Part shown: positions 60,257 through 64,000 of the stretch, piece by piece
How the letters are laid out: each line of letters opens with the position of its first letter
How positions within the stretch are numbered: the first letter of the stretch is position 1
NCBI GenBank assembly: GCA_965207885.1
Contig: OZ242311.1
Span: 3,904,001 to 3,968,000 of the forward strand
DNA: 64,000 bases
Origin: Candidatus Latescibacterota bacterium
Lineage (GTDB): Bacteria; Latescibacterota; UBA2968
Direction: 5' to 3'
Translations under genes and position numbers: made by a program
The notes under the pieces: generated by a model
Database searches by the model: none
The model's input: the letters and a program-made list of their open reading frames with translations, nothing else
What the model was told of the DNA's origin: nothing

Positions 60257-62275
60257 CTATTCCTTTGGCAATCGAAATGAGACCGGCTGGGTCATCCATA
60301 CAGCTACGGGTTCACCATTGTGTTCCGCAGGCTTATATCGAAATTGAGATACCGCATCTATCGCCGCCTGATGAAATTCCTCTGTCCCTCTCAGGACACG
60401 CACATCGCTTACCGAACCATCCACATTGACCATAAACTTCAAAAACACTTTACCTTCCAAACTATCTCTGAATGCCTCCTCCGGATGTACAGGCTTAACA
60501 GCATGCAGGACCTTGGGCTTTACCTCAACCATATAAAATTCGAGAACCCCACTACTGTCAGCATCGCCAGATGCAGGCGGCGCGGTCTGTTGCTTTGGCA
60601 AGCGAAATATGATCGACTGCGTCATCCGCACGGGCACAACTTTGCCGTTGAGTGTCCCCGGCTTGAATCGATATTGCGAGATCGCGTCTATAGCCGCTTG
60701 ATGAAAGGCCTCTAACCCTCTCAGAACACGCACATCGCTCACCGAACCATCCACATTGACCTTGAACTCCAAACGCACAGTAACTCTTGTTGGATACACA
60801 GGTTTAACAGCTTGCAAGAGTTCGGGCTTAGCTTCAACCTCGAAAAATTCGGGGATATCAACCTTATTACCATCAGCATCAATTGGCACAGGCGACGTGA
60901 GTTGGAGATCTGTGTCCGTGGAACCTAATGAAAATTCAATCGGCATAACTATCCACACGGGCACAACTTTACCATTGTGCTCCGCAGGCTTAAACTGAGA
61001 CTGAGATATCGCGTTTATAGCCGCTTGACGAAAGATCTCTAGTCCTTCCAAAACACTCACATCGCTTACCGAACCATCCACATTAACCAGCAATTTCAAA
61101 GACACTTTACCTTCTATCCTCTCCTTTCGCGCCTTTTCGGGATATACAGGTGTAGTAAGATCTAAGGGATGAGGCTTTACTTCGACCTCTTTATATTCGA
61201 AAACTTCACTACTATCAGCATCAACAGACGCGGGCGGTGTGGTCTGTTGCTCTGGTGTGGGTTCGGGCTTTTCCTCATCCTCAACCAATTCCACAACCTC
61301 AAGACCATCTTCATCCTGCGTGTACGCCTCTCGAATTGAAAAAGGCACAATCGCCAGACCAATGAGAATGGGAATTACCAACTGCCATCTGGACCGTTTC
61401 ACATTGTCCTCCTTGAAATTAAGGACATACTCTAACCGTTTCTTGAGCGCAGTTCCACGCTCGTTAAAATACAGCGCACTCATAGCAGGGCGTCTATCGA
61501 CAAATCCGAATAACAGCCGCCCGTATTCAGCAGGCGTCAGATTCGTCTCGCGCAACACTGCCTCATCACAGCGCAACTCTCGCAAAAAATTCAGCCTTCG
61601 GTTCAGCAGCCAGACCAGCGGATTTATGCAAAACAGCATCATTGCAATCGCCTGAAAAATCAGCACCCAGATATCGCGATTATCGCGATGCGCCAACTCG
61701 TGTGCAACAACGCCGCGCAACTCCTCGGGCGACCAGGACGACCAATGCGATGGCAAATACAATCTCGGTTTTACAATACCGACCAGAAGCGGAGAACGCA
61801 GACTGGCTTTGGCATAAACCTTCACATCCTGCGCCTCGTCCAGCGATTCCACCTCCCTCGCCAGATCAACCGGCACTGCTACACTGAGCGCGCGGTGAAA
61901 CGCCGCATTCTTCCACAACGTCACACCCGCCCATACCGCAACCGAAACACCCCACAGGCAAAATAAATAAAACACCAGAGGAAGCGGTGAGACTTGCACA
62001 GGTGCAACAATCCCAACCTCAGAAACCACATTGGCATAAACCGGTCCAATCGGCACATCGTCGGATACCGTCAAAAACTCTGGCAGCGGAATGGCGTAAA
62101 AAGGCGGCACAAACACCTTTGCCAATGCCAACAAATAGAGGACATATCGCAATCGCGTATCCAGCGTCATCCAGCGATCCACTGCCCACACCAGCAAAAT
62201 GAACAGCGACACTTCGACAAAATGCACCGCATAGAGCGGCCACCACACCTCGGCCAAATAGATCAACAAATCCAT
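60257..62275 (-). CDS. BlaR1/M56 peptidase fused to three TonB C-terminal domains
   Basis: SPLLVG..PRLYLP, AHELAH, NPLVW, ELRCD; three VNVDGSVSDV..F.QAAI.A..F/YKP domains. Confidence 0.88.
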   Translation of the reverse strand: MDLLIYLAEVWWPLYAVHFVEVSLFILLVWAVDRWMTLDTRLRYVLYLLALAKVFVPPFYAIPLPEFLTVSDDVPIGPVYANVVSEVGIVAPVQVSPLPLVFYLFCLWGVSVAVWAGVTLWKNAAFHRALSVAVPVDLAREVESLDEAQDVKVYAKASLRSPLLVGIVKPRLYLPSHWSSWSPEELRGVVAHELAHRDNRDIWVLIFQAIAMMLFCINPLVWLLNRRLNFLRELRCDEAVLRETNLTPAEYGRLLFGFVDRRPAMSALYFNERGTALKKRLEYVLNFKEDNVKRSRWQLVIPILIGLAIVPFSIREAYTQDEDGLEVVELVEDEEKPEPTPEQQTTPPASVDADSSEVFEYKEVEVKPHPLDLTTPVYPEKARKERIEGKVSLKLLVNVDGSVSDVSVLEGLEIFRQAAINAISQSQFKPAEHNGKVVPVWIVMPIEFSLGSTDTDLQLTSPVPIDADGNKVDIPEFFEVEAKPELLQAVKPVYPTRVTVRLEFKVNVDGSVSDVRVLRGLEAFHQAAIDAISQYRFKPGTLNGKVVPVRMTQSIIFRLPKQQTAPPASGDADSSGVLEFYMVEVKPKVLHAVKPVHPEEAFRDSLEGKVFLKFMVNVDGSVSDVRVLRGTEEFHQAAIDAVSQFRYKPAEHNGEPVAVWMTQPVSFRLPKE

Positions 62276-62661
62276 TACGCGCCTCCCTTCTCCTTCGCCT
62301 CAATCAGCGCACGCAACTCATCCAGTTCCTTTCGCGAAAGCTCCCCCGAATCCACGAGATATGTTGCCAGTGCCCCAAAAGAACCCTCGAACATGCGCGA
62401 CACCAGCGTGCGCGTCTCGTCCTGCGCCACATCTTCCCGGGATAGAGCCGGCGTGTACACATTCACCGGACCGATCTTCTGCCGATTGAGCACACCTTTT
62501 TTAAATAGAATATTCATAATCGTCTGCACCGTCGTATAAGCCTTCTCACCATTGGAATAAAGGTAATCGACAACATCGCGCACCGTAACCTGACGGCCGA
62601 GATGCCACACGCCATCCATCACTTCCCACTCGGCCTCAGCCAGCCGTTTCTTCGCAGCCAT
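62275..62661 (-). CDS. BlaI/MecI/CopY-family repressor
   Basis: LAEAEWEVM..W, AYTTVQTIM..L..KG, FEGS. Confidence 0.92.
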   Translation of the reverse strand: MAAKKRLAEAEWEVMDGVWHLGRQVTVRDVVDYLYSNGEKAYTTVQTIMNILFKKGVLNRQKIGPVNVYTPALSREDVAQDETRTLVSRMFEGSFGALATYLVDSGELSRKELDELRALIEAKEKGGA

Positions 62662-62689
62662 AAAACGCTCCTTGAAAAATTCATGTGAA

Positions 62690-62733
62690 TACTAATTACT
62701 TAGTAATATACCGAATAGGTTAGTAACAGTCAA
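62690..62733 (-). promoter_or_regulatory. blaI-like promoter with palindromic operator
   Basis: TTGACT-17 nt-TATATT; perfect TACTAA-N4-TTAGTA at 62690-62705 and an imperfect copy in the spacer. Confidence 0.65.
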
Positions 62734-62752
62734 GCAAAAATCTCATTTTTAT

Positions 62753-62791
62753 AAAAAAAAAGAGCGGCAGGTTGCAAAAACCCACCGCTCT

Positions 62792-62792
<1 letters not shown>
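62753..62792 (-). terminator. Rho-independent terminator
   Basis: AGAGCGG...CCGCTCT followed by a T-run on the minus strand. Confidence 0.7.

Positions 62793-64000
<1,208 letters not shown>

Overview
Gene-dense bacterial chromosome segment with no rRNA, tRNA or CRISPR array seen. The content (six Fe/2OG dioxygenases, sulfatases, TonB/PorV modules, a GWxTD protein) resembles FCB-group sponge or marine symbionts such as Latescibacterota; this taxonomy is inference only. From left to right: an IS5-like end; an hsdR-M48-ATPase defence cassette bracketed by short repeats; a TonB receptor/PorV-like uptake operon; a GC-rich putative sterol-modification island (Rieske DAF-36/KshA-like oxygenase, sterol C24-methyltransferase, GPP34-cytochrome P450 fusion, RND pump); catabolic genes; a betaine/sarcosine operon; a HigBA-type toxin-antitoxin pair; a GWxTD gene interrupted by TGA; htpX with a sigma54-type promoter; BlaI with a BlaR1-TonB fusion; and, cut by the right edge, a divergent miniature RNA polymerase beta-prime paralogue that keeps DFDGD but lacks the trigger loop. 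The sterol island and the RNAP paralogue are the best candidates for undescribed systems. All family calls come from motif recognition by eye; no database searches were run.
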